Shown here piece by piece: positions 39,944-49,053 of a stretch of DNA of 64,000 bases (position 1 is its first letter; each line of letters begins with the position of its first letter). A program made the position numbers and the translations under genes. The notes beneath the pieces were generated by a model. It was not told where the DNA came from, searched no databases, and saw nothing but the letters and a program-made list of their open reading frames with translations. Origin of the DNA: an uncultured delta proteobacterium (GTDB lineage: Bacteria; Myxococcota_A; Polyangia; Polyangiales; Polyangiaceae); NCBI GenBank assembly GCA_963806225.1, contig CAWDXG010000004.1, positions 1,024,001-1,088,000 on the forward strand, written 5' to 3'.

Positions 39944-40970
39944 GTCGGGTAGGCCCGGGCGTTGCCGCCCGGGCCCCCCTATGTCGACTTCCAGCACCCA
40001 TCCGTCGCGCATTCCATCAGAGTGTCGCGTAGCTTGCCCAGGGCTTGGTGGGCACTCCGCCCTGGTCGAAACCCATACGAGCAGTCCAGAAAGTCCTGCT
40101 CGTACACGGTTTCTAGAAGCATGGCTACCGCCCGCTGGAGCACCTTGTCCTCGAAGGTTGGGATGCCCAGCGGCCGGGTCTGCCCGTTGCCTTTCGGGAT
40201 GTACACCCGCCGGACGGGTGGCGCCCGGTATTCGCCAGAATGCGCGCGGTTGACCAGGGTCTCGAGGTTCGCCTCGAGTTCCTCGCCATATTCATCCGCG
40301 CTGCATCCGTCGACTCCAGTCGCGCCGTCCTTGCGGGTGCGCTGATAGGCTTCGTGCAGCCACTCCTCGTCCATGTGATGCGACAGCGACCACAGCGCTG
40401 CGTCCGGCATTCGCTTCGCCAGTTCCGCTATCCGTTCGTATTTCGTTGAGACAGTTTCCGAGCGTGACATCCCGGCTCTCTTTCATCCGAACAGTTCCGT
40501 GTTCCGGCATCCCGCTTCGCTCGGAAGGGTCCCATCGGACAGGTTCCCCTTCGTCATCACTATTATCAGGATGCTCCGACTTCTCGCCGGCCTCTGCGCC
40601 GCTTCGTTTCCTTATCGACGCCGTACCGCCCAACAGACGGCACCGACGAGATCTCCCAGCTTTCCAGGAATCCCTTCTGTGCACGTGCCCTGCTCTCTGA
40701 CCTCGGTTCGAGCCAGCCTTTGGTCTGGTGTTGCCTTCCACCTTCCTGACGGTGTCGGCCTCGAACGGTTTCTTTACGCGGCTCAATCACACGGCCCACG
40801 CACTCGCTGTCTACGCTTCGCCTTCGGGTCGCACCTCCAGCGCAAGACTCGCTTCCGGATGTACCTCGCGCGTACGCTCGGCCTTGGCCGGACGGGGTTT
40901 CCACCCGCGGGGTTTCACTCCAAGGTTTCAACGCATGGCATCCTCCTCGGCTGGACTTGGGCTGGCGCAC
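39944..40970 (-). mobile_element. Group II intron with internal deletion (most of the RT ORF and domain V lost)
   Basis: 5' end GTGCG at 40970. Domain I-like sequence with EBS1 stem-loop GCCGACACC-GTCAGGAA-GGTGGAAGGC. 3' domain VI-like hairpin CCCGGGCG-GCAA-CGCCCGGG followed by CCTACCCGAC. Confidence 0.88.
39979..40470 (-). pseudogene. Truncated group II intron reverse transcriptase/maturase (RT0 to about RT2a)
   Basis: [44 protein letters not shown], then (frameshifted) WVLEVDI and an abrupt end. No YADD. Confidence 0.9.
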
Positions 40971-40993
40971 CAGGAAGGCGGGAAGGCGGGAAG
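40971..40993. repeat. Purine-rich GGAAGGCG tandem motif forming the intron 5' exon
   Basis: CAGGAAGGCGGGAAGGCGGGAAG directly abuts the intron 5' end. Confidence 0.7.
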
Positions 40994-41135
40994 GGTTCTT
41001 GGGGCGCGCTCGTTCATCCCGATGCGTCGCGAGCACGATCAGCGCCGCACCGAACGCTCCAGCCTCTGGATGAGCCGCGTCCGGTCGGGCAACCCTCGAC
41101 CCAGTAAACCTTGATCCCCCGGACAGGGCCGACAC

Positions 41136-42095
41136 CTAGAATAGGTAGCGCTCGCCGGAGTCGCACAGGACGGTGACGACGTTGCCGCCCGGGAGCCGGC
41201 GGGCGACCTCCACCGCGGCGTGGACGTTCGCGCCGGACGACGGCCCCGTGAGCAGCCCCTCCTCGCGCGCGAGCCGCCTCACCATGCGCTCCGCGGCCAC
41301 GTCGCTGACGGCGATGATCTCGTCGACCACGCTCTTGTCGAAGATCTCCGGCACGAAACCGGCGCCGAGCCCCTGGATGCCATGCATCCCCGGCGGCTTG
41401 CCTTCCAGCACGGCGCTGCCCGCCGGTTCAACGGCCACGATCTGCACGCCGTCGAGGCGCTGCTTCAGCGCCCGACCGACGCCGGTGACGGTGCCGCCCG
41501 TTCCCACGCCCGCCACGAACGCCGCGATGTCGCTATCCGTCTGTTCGAGGATCTCGACGGCGGTGCCCAGCTGGTGGCTTTCGGGGTTGGCGGGATTGTC
41601 GAACTGGCTCGGCATGAACGCGCCGGGCGTCTCGGCGATGAGCTGGTGCGCACGGCCGACGGCGCCCGACATGCCGTCGAGCGCCGGAGTCAGCACTATC
41701 TCGGCGCCATAGGCGCGCAGGATGTAGCGCCGCTCCAGGCTCATGTCCTCGGGCATCACCAGCACGCACCGGTAGCCTCTGACCGCGGCGATCATCGCCA
41801 GGCTGATGCCTGTGTTGCCACTGGTCGCCTCGATGAGCGTCGCACCCGGCGCCAGGCGGCCGTCGCGCTCGGCAGCGAGGATCATCGACAGGGCCGGGCG
41901 GTCCTTGACGCTGCCGCCCGCGTTGTCGAGCTCGCACTTGCCCCACACGGTCGCTCCGCCCTCCGGACTGAGGTGCGCCAGACGCACCAGCGGCGTACGG
42001 CCAATCAGCCCGAGCACGCCGTCGGCGACGATCAGCCCGCCCTGGGTGTGGTGCGCGTGCTGATCCCCCGGACCGGATTTCTCGTTGTCTGCCAT
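41136..42095 (-). CDS. cysK: Cysteine synthase (PLP-dependent)
   Basis: IGRTPLV, GSVKDR, EATSGNTG, QFDNPAN, GVGTGGT, DSGERY. Confidence 0.9.
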   Translation of the reverse strand: MADNEKSGPGDQHAHHTQGGLIVADGVLGLIGRTPLVRLAHLSPEGGATVWGKCELDNAGGSVKDRPALSMILAAERDGRLAPGATLIEATSGNTGISLAMIAAVRGYRCVLVMPEDMSLERRYILRAYGAEIVLTPALDGMSGAVGRAHQLIAETPGAFMPSQFDNPANPESHQLGTAVEILEQTDSDIAAFVAGVGTGGTVTGVGRALKQRLDGVQIVAVEPAGSAVLEGKPPGMHGIQGLGAGFVPEIFDKSVVDEIIAVSDVAAERMVRRLAREEGLLTGPSSGANVHAAVEVARRLPGGNVVTVLCDSGERYLF

Positions 42096-42165
42096 CGGTC
42101 GCACGCTACCTCAACGGTCGATAGTAGGCGACCGGTGCGCGTGATCGCGCCGCGATGCCGGCCGA

Positions 42166-43098
42166 TCAGGTCGACTCGTCGAGGAGCTCCGCAGCGCGGC
42201 CCCCCACGCCGTACGTCCCGCAGGGCTCCGGCAGCTTGGTAAGCACGCGGGCCATCACAACCGGGCGACCCAGACGGCTGCTCGCCACGGCGCTAGTGAC
42301 CTGCCCCACCTCGACGCCCTCGTTACCAGCGCTCACCGGCGTGCCGGGCTCCGGGACCGGGCCGTCCTCCACCGACAACGTCACCAGACGGCGTTTCACG
42401 CGGCCGCGCATGTCCTGCATGCACACGACTTCCTGTCCGAGGTAGCAGCCCTTCGTCCAGGAGACGGCCTTGCGATCCAGCGAGGCCTCGTGCGGGTTGT
42501 CCTCGGAAGTGTAGTCGACGCCGAAGACGGGCACGCCGCGCTCGATGCGCAGCTCGGCCCAGTCCGCCGGCTCCGCGCGCGCCACGTCGAAGCCCCCGGC
42601 CGACAAGAGCGCCTGCAACGTCGCCGCGGCCGCCGCGCGCGGCACGACCACGGCGGCGCCGCCGAGGCCCGTTGGATCGACCGCGGCCAGCACACCGCCT
42701 GTCGCCGGCACGACCGCGGAAGCCAGCTCGAACGCGCGCGGGCCGTGCAGCGAGAGCCAGGTCTGCTCGTTCGATCGCTCGAACAGCTCCGCGTCCTCCA
42801 TGATCAGGAATCTGTCCAGTGTCTCGAACAGCTGCGCCGCGCGATCCGCCGCAACGGACAGATACAGCGCTTCCTCCCCCGCGACGACGACCACGTCCGA
42901 CTGCACCTTGCCCTGCTTGGTCAGAAAAAGCCCCCAGGCGCCCTTGCCCGGGGACAGCGCTGCGGCATCGCACGTGACAAGCCCGTTGAGCCACGTGTAG
43001 CGCTCCGGCCCGGTGACGACGAGCGTCCCCCGATCGGACTCCTCTACGATCAGCGCGCCACGGCGCGCCGCCCGGCTGGCCTGGCTGGGTTCGCTCAT
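42166..43098 (-). CDS. ygfZ: Folate-binding Fe-S cluster repair protein, YgfZ family
   Basis: Signature KGCYLGQE; GcvT-like N-terminus. Confidence 0.88.
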   Translation of the reverse strand: MSEPSQASRAARRGALIVEESDRGTLVVTGPERYTWLNGLVTCDAAALSPGKGAWGLFLTKQGKVQSDVVVVAGEEALYLSVAADRAAQLFETLDRFLIMEDAELFERSNEQTWLSLHGPRAFELASAVVPATGGVLAAVDPTGLGGAAVVVPRAAAAATLQALLSAGGFDVARAEPADWAELRIERGVPVFGVDYTSEDNPHEASLDRKAVSWTKGCYLGQEVVCMQDMRGRVKRRLVTLSVEDGPVPEPGTPVSAGNEGVEVGQVTSAVASSRLGRPVVMARVLTKLPEPCGTYGVGGRAAELLDEST

Positions 43099-43155
43099 GC
43101 TCTTCGAGACGTAGTCTCCGCCGGCGCGGAGTCAAGCCGTGCGACCGAGGCCGGC

Positions 43156-43983
43156 TCAATCGAGGGGGACACCGTCCCGCTCGGTTGGATAGATCGGTCC
43201 GTCCTTGATGGTCACGTCCTCGACCTTGCCATCCGCATGCTTCACGGTCAGCGGCACGCCCAGGGAGGCGTTCGCGTTGACGAGACTCTGGGCGTCTCCC
43301 TCCTCCATCCGGCTCACGTCCTTGCCCTTGATGCGGAGGACCTGGTCGCCCCGCTTCAGCCCGACCCGGCCGGCAGGCGACGCCTTGATCACGCGGGTGA
43401 TGAAGATGTTGACGGTGCGGAGCTCGTAGTAGAAGCCGAGGCCTACGCGCGCATGCGCAGGCTCGACTACCAACGTGATGTGCGCGCCGGTGTCGCAGGA
43501 GACGTCGAGCGTGCCCGCGTTGACCGCCTCGCGAAAATCCGGAACGGACTTGACGCAGATCGGGTGGTCGTTGATGGGGTTCTCGTCCCACAGCTCGACC
43601 TGCACGCCGGTACCGGGCTTGATCCAGTAGTTTTCCCTCTTCTGGTCCGGCCACGTCGGCTGGAGCGTGTTGGACTGGGTCGGGGTATGGATGATTTCCC
43701 GGCCGCCGATTTTCAGGATCGCGTACGGATCGGGCTTCTCGCCACCGGTGGTGTCCCACGGACGCCCGTCGCGTGTCTTCGGCGGGATCTCCGCGGACTT
43801 GAACGTGATGAAGAACAGATTCGACGGCGGCGGGGGCTCGAGCTGGGCACCGGCGCGAGGCGCGTGAACCGGCGGATGCAGCTCGGGATAGACGGCAGGG
43901 CACCCGGCCAGCGGCACGCCCAACAGCGCGAGGCCGAGGCCCACAAGTCGCGACTTCCGACGCTGGACTCGAGGGCTCACCAT
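43156..43983 (-). CDS. Lipoprotein with C2-like and PDZ domains
   Basis: Lipobox [12 protein letters not shown]...SNTLQPTW...VELWDEN..NDHPI (C2-like); GLGF...[19 protein letters not shown] (PDZ). Confidence 0.75.
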   Translation of the reverse strand: MVSPRVQRRKSRLVGLGLALLGVPLAGCPAVYPELHPPVHAPRAGAQLEPPPPSNLFFITFKSAEIPPKTRDGRPWDTTGGEKPDPYAILKIGGREIIHTPTQSNTLQPTWPDQKRENYWIKPGTGVQVELWDENPINDHPICVKSVPDFREAVNAGTLDVSCDTGAHITLVVEPAHARVGLGFYYELRTVNIFITRVIKASPAGRVGLKRGDQVLRIKGKDVSRMEEGDAQSLVNANASLGVPLTVKHADGKVEDVTIKDGPIYPTERDGVPLD

Positions 43984-44080
43984 GCGCCGGAGGCTATCAC
44001 AGCGCCTGGGGCTGGCTAGGGGGAACCTCGGAGCTGCGCCGGCGCTTTTCGCTGCCCCGACTCTGCGCTATGCGCGGGGC

Positions 44081-45376
44081 ATGACGGATGCGGTCTCTAT
44101 CGACGCGCTCTCGGATCACGTGGGCGGCGTAGTCCAGCTCTCCGGCTGGCTCTACAACAAGCGCTCCAGCAAGAAGCTCCATTTCCTGGAGCTGCGCGAC
44201 GGCACGGGCATCGTCCAGTGTGTGGTGTTCAAGGGCGACGTAAGCCCGGAGCTCTTCGAACTGGCCGGGCGCCTCCCACAGGAAACGTCGCTGTCGCTCG
44301 TGGGCGAGGTGCGGGAGCATCCCAAGCACAAAGGAGTGTTCGAGATCGGCGTCAAGGAGCTGTCGGTGATCGCCGAGGCCGCGGAGTATCCCATCACTCC
44401 CAAGGAACACGGCACCGACTTCTTGATGGACCATCGCCACCTGTGGCTCCGCAGCAAGCGGCAGCACGCGATCGTCAGGGTGCGCCACGCGATCGTCCAG
44501 GCGATCCGCAACTTTTTCGACGACCGTGGTTTCACTCTGGTGGACGCGCCGATCTTCACGCCCAACGCGTGCGAAGGCACGAGCACGCTGTTCGAGACGG
44601 ACTACCACGGCCAGCCGGCGTATCTGACCCAGTCGGGACAGCTCTACATGGAGGCGGCTGCGGCCGCCTTCGGCAAGGTGTACTGCTTCGGACCGACGTT
44701 CCGTGCGGAGAAGAGCAAGACGCGGCGCCACCTGGCGGAGTTCTGGATGGTCGAGCCGGAGGTCGCCTTCATGGACCTCGCCGGGGACATGCAGCTCGCG
44801 GAGGATTTCCTGTGCGCGATCGTCTCGCACGTGCTGGCAACCCGACGCGCGGAGCTCGAGACACTCGAGCGCGACATCTCGAAGCTCGAATGCGTGAAAC
44901 CGCCGTTTTCGCGCATCACCTACCACGAGGCGATCGAGATCCTGCGCGAAGCGGGCCACGACGCGAAACCCGGCGATGATTTCGGTGGCGACGAGGAGAC
45001 CGTCATCAGCGCGCGCTTCGACCGACCGGTCATCGTGCACCGCTACCCGACCGCGCTGAAGGCGTTCTACATGAAGGCGGACCCGGAGAGCCCGGAGCTG
45101 GCCCTGTGCATGGACGTTCTTGCACCGGAGGGCTACGGCGAAATCATCGGCGGCGGCCAGCGCGAGGATGACCTCTCGACACTCGAAGGGAAGGTCGAAC
45201 AGCACCAGCTGCCGCGCGAAGCGTTCGAGTGGTACTTCGACATCCGCCGCTACGGGAGCGTCCCGCACGCGGGCTTCGGCCTCGGCGTCGAGCGCAGCGT
45301 GGCGTGGATCTGCGGGCTGCCGCATGTGCGGGAGACCATTCCGTTCCCCCGCATGTTGAACCGGCTGTCGCCCTGA
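44081..45376 (+). CDS. asnS: Asparagine--tRNA ligase
   Basis: OB fold (FLELRDG), [50 protein letters not shown]. Confidence 0.95.
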   Translation: MTDAVSIDALSDHVGGVVQLSGWLYNKRSSKKLHFLELRDGTGIVQCVVFKGDVSPELFELAGRLPQETSLSLVGEVREHPKHKGVFEIGVKELSVIAEAAEYPITPKEHGTDFLMDHRHLWLRSKRQHAIVRVRHAIVQAIRNFFDDRGFTLVDAPIFTPNACEGTSTLFETDYHGQPAYLTQSGQLYMEAAAAAFGKVYCFGPTFRAEKSKTRRHLAEFWMVEPEVAFMDLAGDMQLAEDFLCAIVSHVLATRRAELETLERDISKLECVKPPFSRITYHEAIEILREAGHDAKPGDDFGGDEETVISARFDRPVIVHRYPTALKAFYMKADPESPELALCMDVLAPEGYGEIIGGGQREDDLSTLEGKVEQHQLPREAFEWYFDIRRYGSVPHAGFGLGVERSVAWICGLPHVRETIPFPRMLNRLSP

Positions 45377-45596
45377 CGAGCCTCCGCGCTCCGGCGCGTG
45401 CCGTCCGCGCAGGCACCCGGAGGCGCGTCCGACCAGCACGGCGAAGTCGCGCGCTTGCGAAACCGCCTGGCCAGACGGCCGAGACGCGAAGCAGGCTCGC
45501 ACCCAACGCTCCGCCCGTGCGCTGGACGAGCACGGGCGGCGGCAGCGACTGTCAAGTGCGGCGGCGGGCCAATGAGAGCGCGAGCTTTTCCCGGCT

Positions 45597-45650
45597 GGCG
45601 CACGACATTTTACAAGCAACGTGCAGAGTGCGACGGGGCGCACTACATTT
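45597..45650. promoter_or_regulatory. Pair of 14-bp direct repeats, putative regulator sites
   Basis: GGCGCACGACATTT (45597) and GGCGCACTACATTT (45637), 40 bp apart. Confidence 0.45.
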
Positions 45651-45800
45651 GAAATCGACGCGACCGGCAGCCGACAGCTCCACAACTTCTCCCCAACGCC
45701 GGGCCGCTCGATGAATCGAACACGCCATGACACAGTCGAACCGGATGATCAGGGTTGAACTGCGACGCCTACGCGCGCGCGCGGAGCACCGGAGGTAGTC

Positions 45801-46631
45801 ATGGCCCGGATGTTCGGCTTCATCGGCAATCGTTCTGACCTCGGTGCACGCGTGCTGGAGGTCAACGCCGATACGCTCAGGGTCAAGCGTCCCCAGGATC
45901 AGTCGCTCGGTTGGGGCGTGGGCTTCTACCAGTCCGGTGAGGTGCTCCTGAGGCGCCGCCCCCTCGACGAACGCGACGTCATCGATCTGGCCGAGGCGGC
46001 GGAGAACGTCCGCACCGATGTGCTCATCGGACACGTGCGGCGGGCCAGCGTCGGCTCGCTCCGGACCGAGAACACCCACCCCTTCCGCTACCGGATGTGG
46101 CTGTTCGCCCAGACCGGCACCATCGGCGGCTTCTTGCGCCTGCGCGAGCGCCTGCTGGCCTCCCAGCCCGAATTCCTGCGCCGCAACGTGCGGGGGGACA
46201 CCGACAGCGAGCTCTTCTTCTACCTCTTCCTGTCGTTCCTGCACGACGCCGGGCATCTCGACGAGGCGCACGTGGCGCCCGAGCACGTTGCCACGGCGCT
46301 CAGGGCATCGATTTCGCTGGTGGACCGGCTCTCGGCAGAGGAAGGGCACGGCGAGAACCGCGGTGATCTGCTGGTGACCAACGGGGAGCACATGATCGCG
46401 GTGCACCGCAACGGCGTGATGGCCTATCGGGTGCTTCACGGCCGTCACGACGTGGAAGAGCTGCTCGGCGAAGACGGGCTCAAGCAGGTCCGCATCCCGA
46501 GCGTCGATAGCACGCGGTTTTCACTGATCGCGTCGGAGCTCGACAACGTGCCGCCGGGCTGGACTCCGGTCGAAGGTCGGGCGATCGTCACGATGACGCG
46601 CACCGATGACCCGGTCACCGAGCCCCTGTAG
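45801..46631 (+). CDS. Class II glutamine amidotransferase-family (YafJ/EgtC-like) protein lacking the catalytic Cys
   Basis: GWGVGFY, GHVRRAS, ENTHPF, GDTDSE, IASE; GGAGG RBS; N-terminus is MARMFG, not MCR. Confidence 0.85.
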   Translation: MARMFGFIGNRSDLGARVLEVNADTLRVKRPQDQSLGWGVGFYQSGEVLLRRRPLDERDVIDLAEAAENVRTDVLIGHVRRASVGSLRTENTHPFRYRMWLFAQTGTIGGFLRLRERLLASQPEFLRRNVRGDTDSELFFYLFLSFLHDAGHLDEAHVAPEHVATALRASISLVDRLSAEEGHGENRGDLLVTNGEHMIAVHRNGVMAYRVLHGRHDVEELLGEDGLKQVRIPSVDSTRFSLIASELDNVPPGWTPVEGRAIVTMTRTDDPVTEPL

Positions 46632-47301
46632 CCACACCCGCCCTCCCCGCGGCCCGCGCCGTGGGCTCGCCGCGGTCTGGGTCCTGGCTCTGCCTTGGCT
46701 GCTGGTGTCGGCATGCGGCGGCACGCGGCCCCTCAGGTTCCCCGCCGCCGGGCAGGAGTCCGACGCGCCCCGCCAGGCGCCCGGCGTCGCCTTCGACCCC
46801 GCACCGGAGATCCCGCCGGCTACGTCGTCGGGCAACCCTGCGCAGGGGCTCGTGGTTCTGCGTACGCCCGCGAACCCTGCGGCTGCACGCGAGGCCGTGC
46901 GCGAGTTCTTCCGCGCAGTCGTCGATGAAGCTCCCGACAAGCTGGACAATCTCATCGACGCCCAGGCCTACATCCAGACCGGCTCGGGTCACGGGCGAGT
47001 GCGCGCCCGCTCGTACTGGCAGCAGCGCCTTTCCCGCCTGGACTACGGGGCGCTGTCCGGGCAGCTGGTGTACCGCCCGAGCGCGGTCGAGACCTATCGC
47101 GCTGTCGATGTCCAACGGCTGCGCTCGACTCGCCATTTCCCGGTGTCGCCCGGAAACGACGACATCCTGATCCGCGTACCGATCGCAGTTCCGCGCGTCG
47201 GGAACACCCGGCTCTTCGGTGACGAGATCCTGTTCGTGCTCCATCCCCGGGCGCAGGGCTACGTCATCAGCGAGATGGTCGAGGACTTCCAGATCACATA
47301 G
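46606..47301 (+). CDS. Hypothetical lipoprotein (start uncertain)
   Basis: Lipobox-like VSAC; coding bias. Confidence 0.6.
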   Translation: MTRSPSPCSHTRPPRGPRRGLAAVWVLALPWLLVSACGGTRPLRFPAAGQESDAPRQAPGVAFDPAPEIPPATSSGNPAQGLVVLRTPANPAAAREAVREFFRAVVDEAPDKLDNLIDAQAYIQTGSGHGRVRARSYWQQRLSRLDYGALSGQLVYRPSAVETYRAVDVQRLRSTRHFPVSPGNDDILIRVPIAVPRVGNTRLFGDEILFVLHPRAQGYVISEMVEDFQIT

Positions 47302-47351
47302 CGTCGCGATGCGCGGCGGAGCCGGCCCGGAGCAGAATCGCGACCGCCGAT

Positions 47352-48270
47352 CTAGTTCAAGCTCGACGCCCGGGAGAACGGCGGGTCGAGGCGGCCCTGT
47401 TCCTTCGCTTCCGCCAGGGCCCGGAGCGCGGTCCGGTAGCCGCGCATCATCAGCGAGCGCGCCGTGAAGCGATTGAGGTAGCCGAACATTCCGATGTCTG
47501 GCGCGATATCGATGAAGCGCGTGTGCGGATACTCGCGGGAGTACAGATCGACGCCGCGCCGCTCCTTTTCGGTGAGCACGATATTGAGCGACTGGTTGAG
47601 GACCTTGAACGGCCCGCGTCTCGCCACGCTACGCGCGTCGCTGCTGGTGTCCTCGGGCCGGTAGATGTTCGAGATGATGACGATATCGGCGCCCGCCTCC
47701 ACCGCCACATCGGCGGACAGCGTCCGCACCACCTCGCCGTCGAGGTGATAGCGGCCATGGATCTCGGTACGGGCGGAACAACCCGGGAATGCAGCACGAG
47801 GCAGCCACCGCCTGGCTGATCGGCGTGTCGGAATCGTAGCCGCGGCCGAAGACGACGCGCTGCGCGCGGTCGATGTCGACCGCCGTGATGATCAGCCGGT
47901 TGTCGACCTGGCGGAAGTCGTTGACCGGCAGATACCGCCTGAGATAGCGCTCCAGCCGGTCGATGGAAAACAGGCCGGAGGTCAGATACCCGGGATCGAG
48001 GAAGTCGCGCGGCCGGGGCGCGCCGAAAAAGGTGCTCATGTGCAGGCGCGGCCCGTTGTGCCGCCTCTGCCAGGGCAATCGGTAGCCGTCGACCAACACG
48101 TCGAGCGGGATGCCCTGTCCGTAGGTGGCCGCCACGATCGCGCCCGCGCTGGCGCCCACGAAGATCCCCGGGGACAGGCCAAGCTCCTCGCACGCGCGCA
48201 GGACGCCGAGGTGTGCGATGCCGCGCGCTGCTCCCCCCGTACCGACGAATGCGACTGTGGGCCTTTGCAT
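47352..48270 (-). CDS. Patatin-like phospholipase, frameshifted near 47765
   Basis: GGAARG, GASAG, ASCCIPGLF; DGE appears after correcting one extra base. Confidence 0.85.
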
Positions 48271-48478
48271 GGGCTGCCTCGAAGCTGATCTGGTTCCGAT
48301 CCAGGCCCCCCATGGCTACCCCGCAGCACTGCTGCACCGCCGGGCGACCCAGCTGATCGCCCATTGAACCTGGACGATCGGCATGAGCCACGCCAGCCAC
48401 AGTATAACGCAGCGCGTTGGCGTGGGGCCAGCTTTTCGCCGCGACGCGGGCAACCACGCGAAGGACCTGGGCGGGCCT

Positions 48479-48967
48479 TCACATGCCGGAGAGGATCTTG
48501 AAGCTCTCTCCGGCGGGCACGAGCTCGAGCCGATTGTCCGCGACCGTGCGGCGCCACACGTCGCCCTCTTTCGTCGGGATTTTGTAGCTCGCGCTGTACG
48601 TGAAGTCGACGTAGATGGTGTTGCGGCGACCCTTGCCCACGCTCCGATAGCGGATCTCGTAGCGGATCGCCTTGGTCTTCCGGAACTCGTCCTCGAGGTA
48701 CTTCTTGAGGCCCGCGTAGTCGAGGTCGTCGCTGGCGTCGATGTTGCCGCCGTCCTCGTAGTATCGAGGGTCCGCCATCTGCATCAGCAGCGCGATGTTG
48801 CGGTGCTCGACTGCGTGCCGGTAATCCTCGCAGAACTGGATCACGTGCCGGTTGAAGGTGGTGGCCTCAACGTCCGTGTTGGGGATCGTCGTCTTGGTGC
48901 AGCCGGACAGCACGGCCAAGGCCAGCAGGCCGACCAGCAGGAACAGGTGTCGGGCAGAGACTCGCAT
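48479..48967 (-). CDS. Hypothetical lipoprotein, possibly NTF2-like fold
   Basis: Signal peptide and lipobox LSGC from the ATG at 48967; helix-then-strand pattern ending FKILSGM. Confidence 0.75.
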   Translation of the reverse strand: MRVSARHLFLLVGLLALAVLSGCTKTTIPNTDVEATTFNRHVIQFCEDYRHAVEHRNIALLMQMADPRYYEDGGNIDASDDLDYAGLKKYLEDEFRKTKAIRYEIRYRSVGKGRRNTIYVDFTYSASYKIPTKEGDVWRRTVADNRLELVPAGESFKILSGM

Positions 48968-49053
48968 TCGGTCGTCTTGAAAAACGCTCGGGTCACCGGA
49001 CGCATTCCGGCGCCGGGACACTGCCAGAAGGCGTGGGGAACGGGCAAGAGAGG

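Noticed and set aside
39979..40470. RT fragment as a retron, DGR or defence RT
   Set aside because: It sits inside group II intron termini with an EBS1/IBS1 match and has intron-type RT0-2 motifs.
47352..48270. Patatin as a CBASS effector
   Set aside because: No CD-NTase or Cap genes adjacent.
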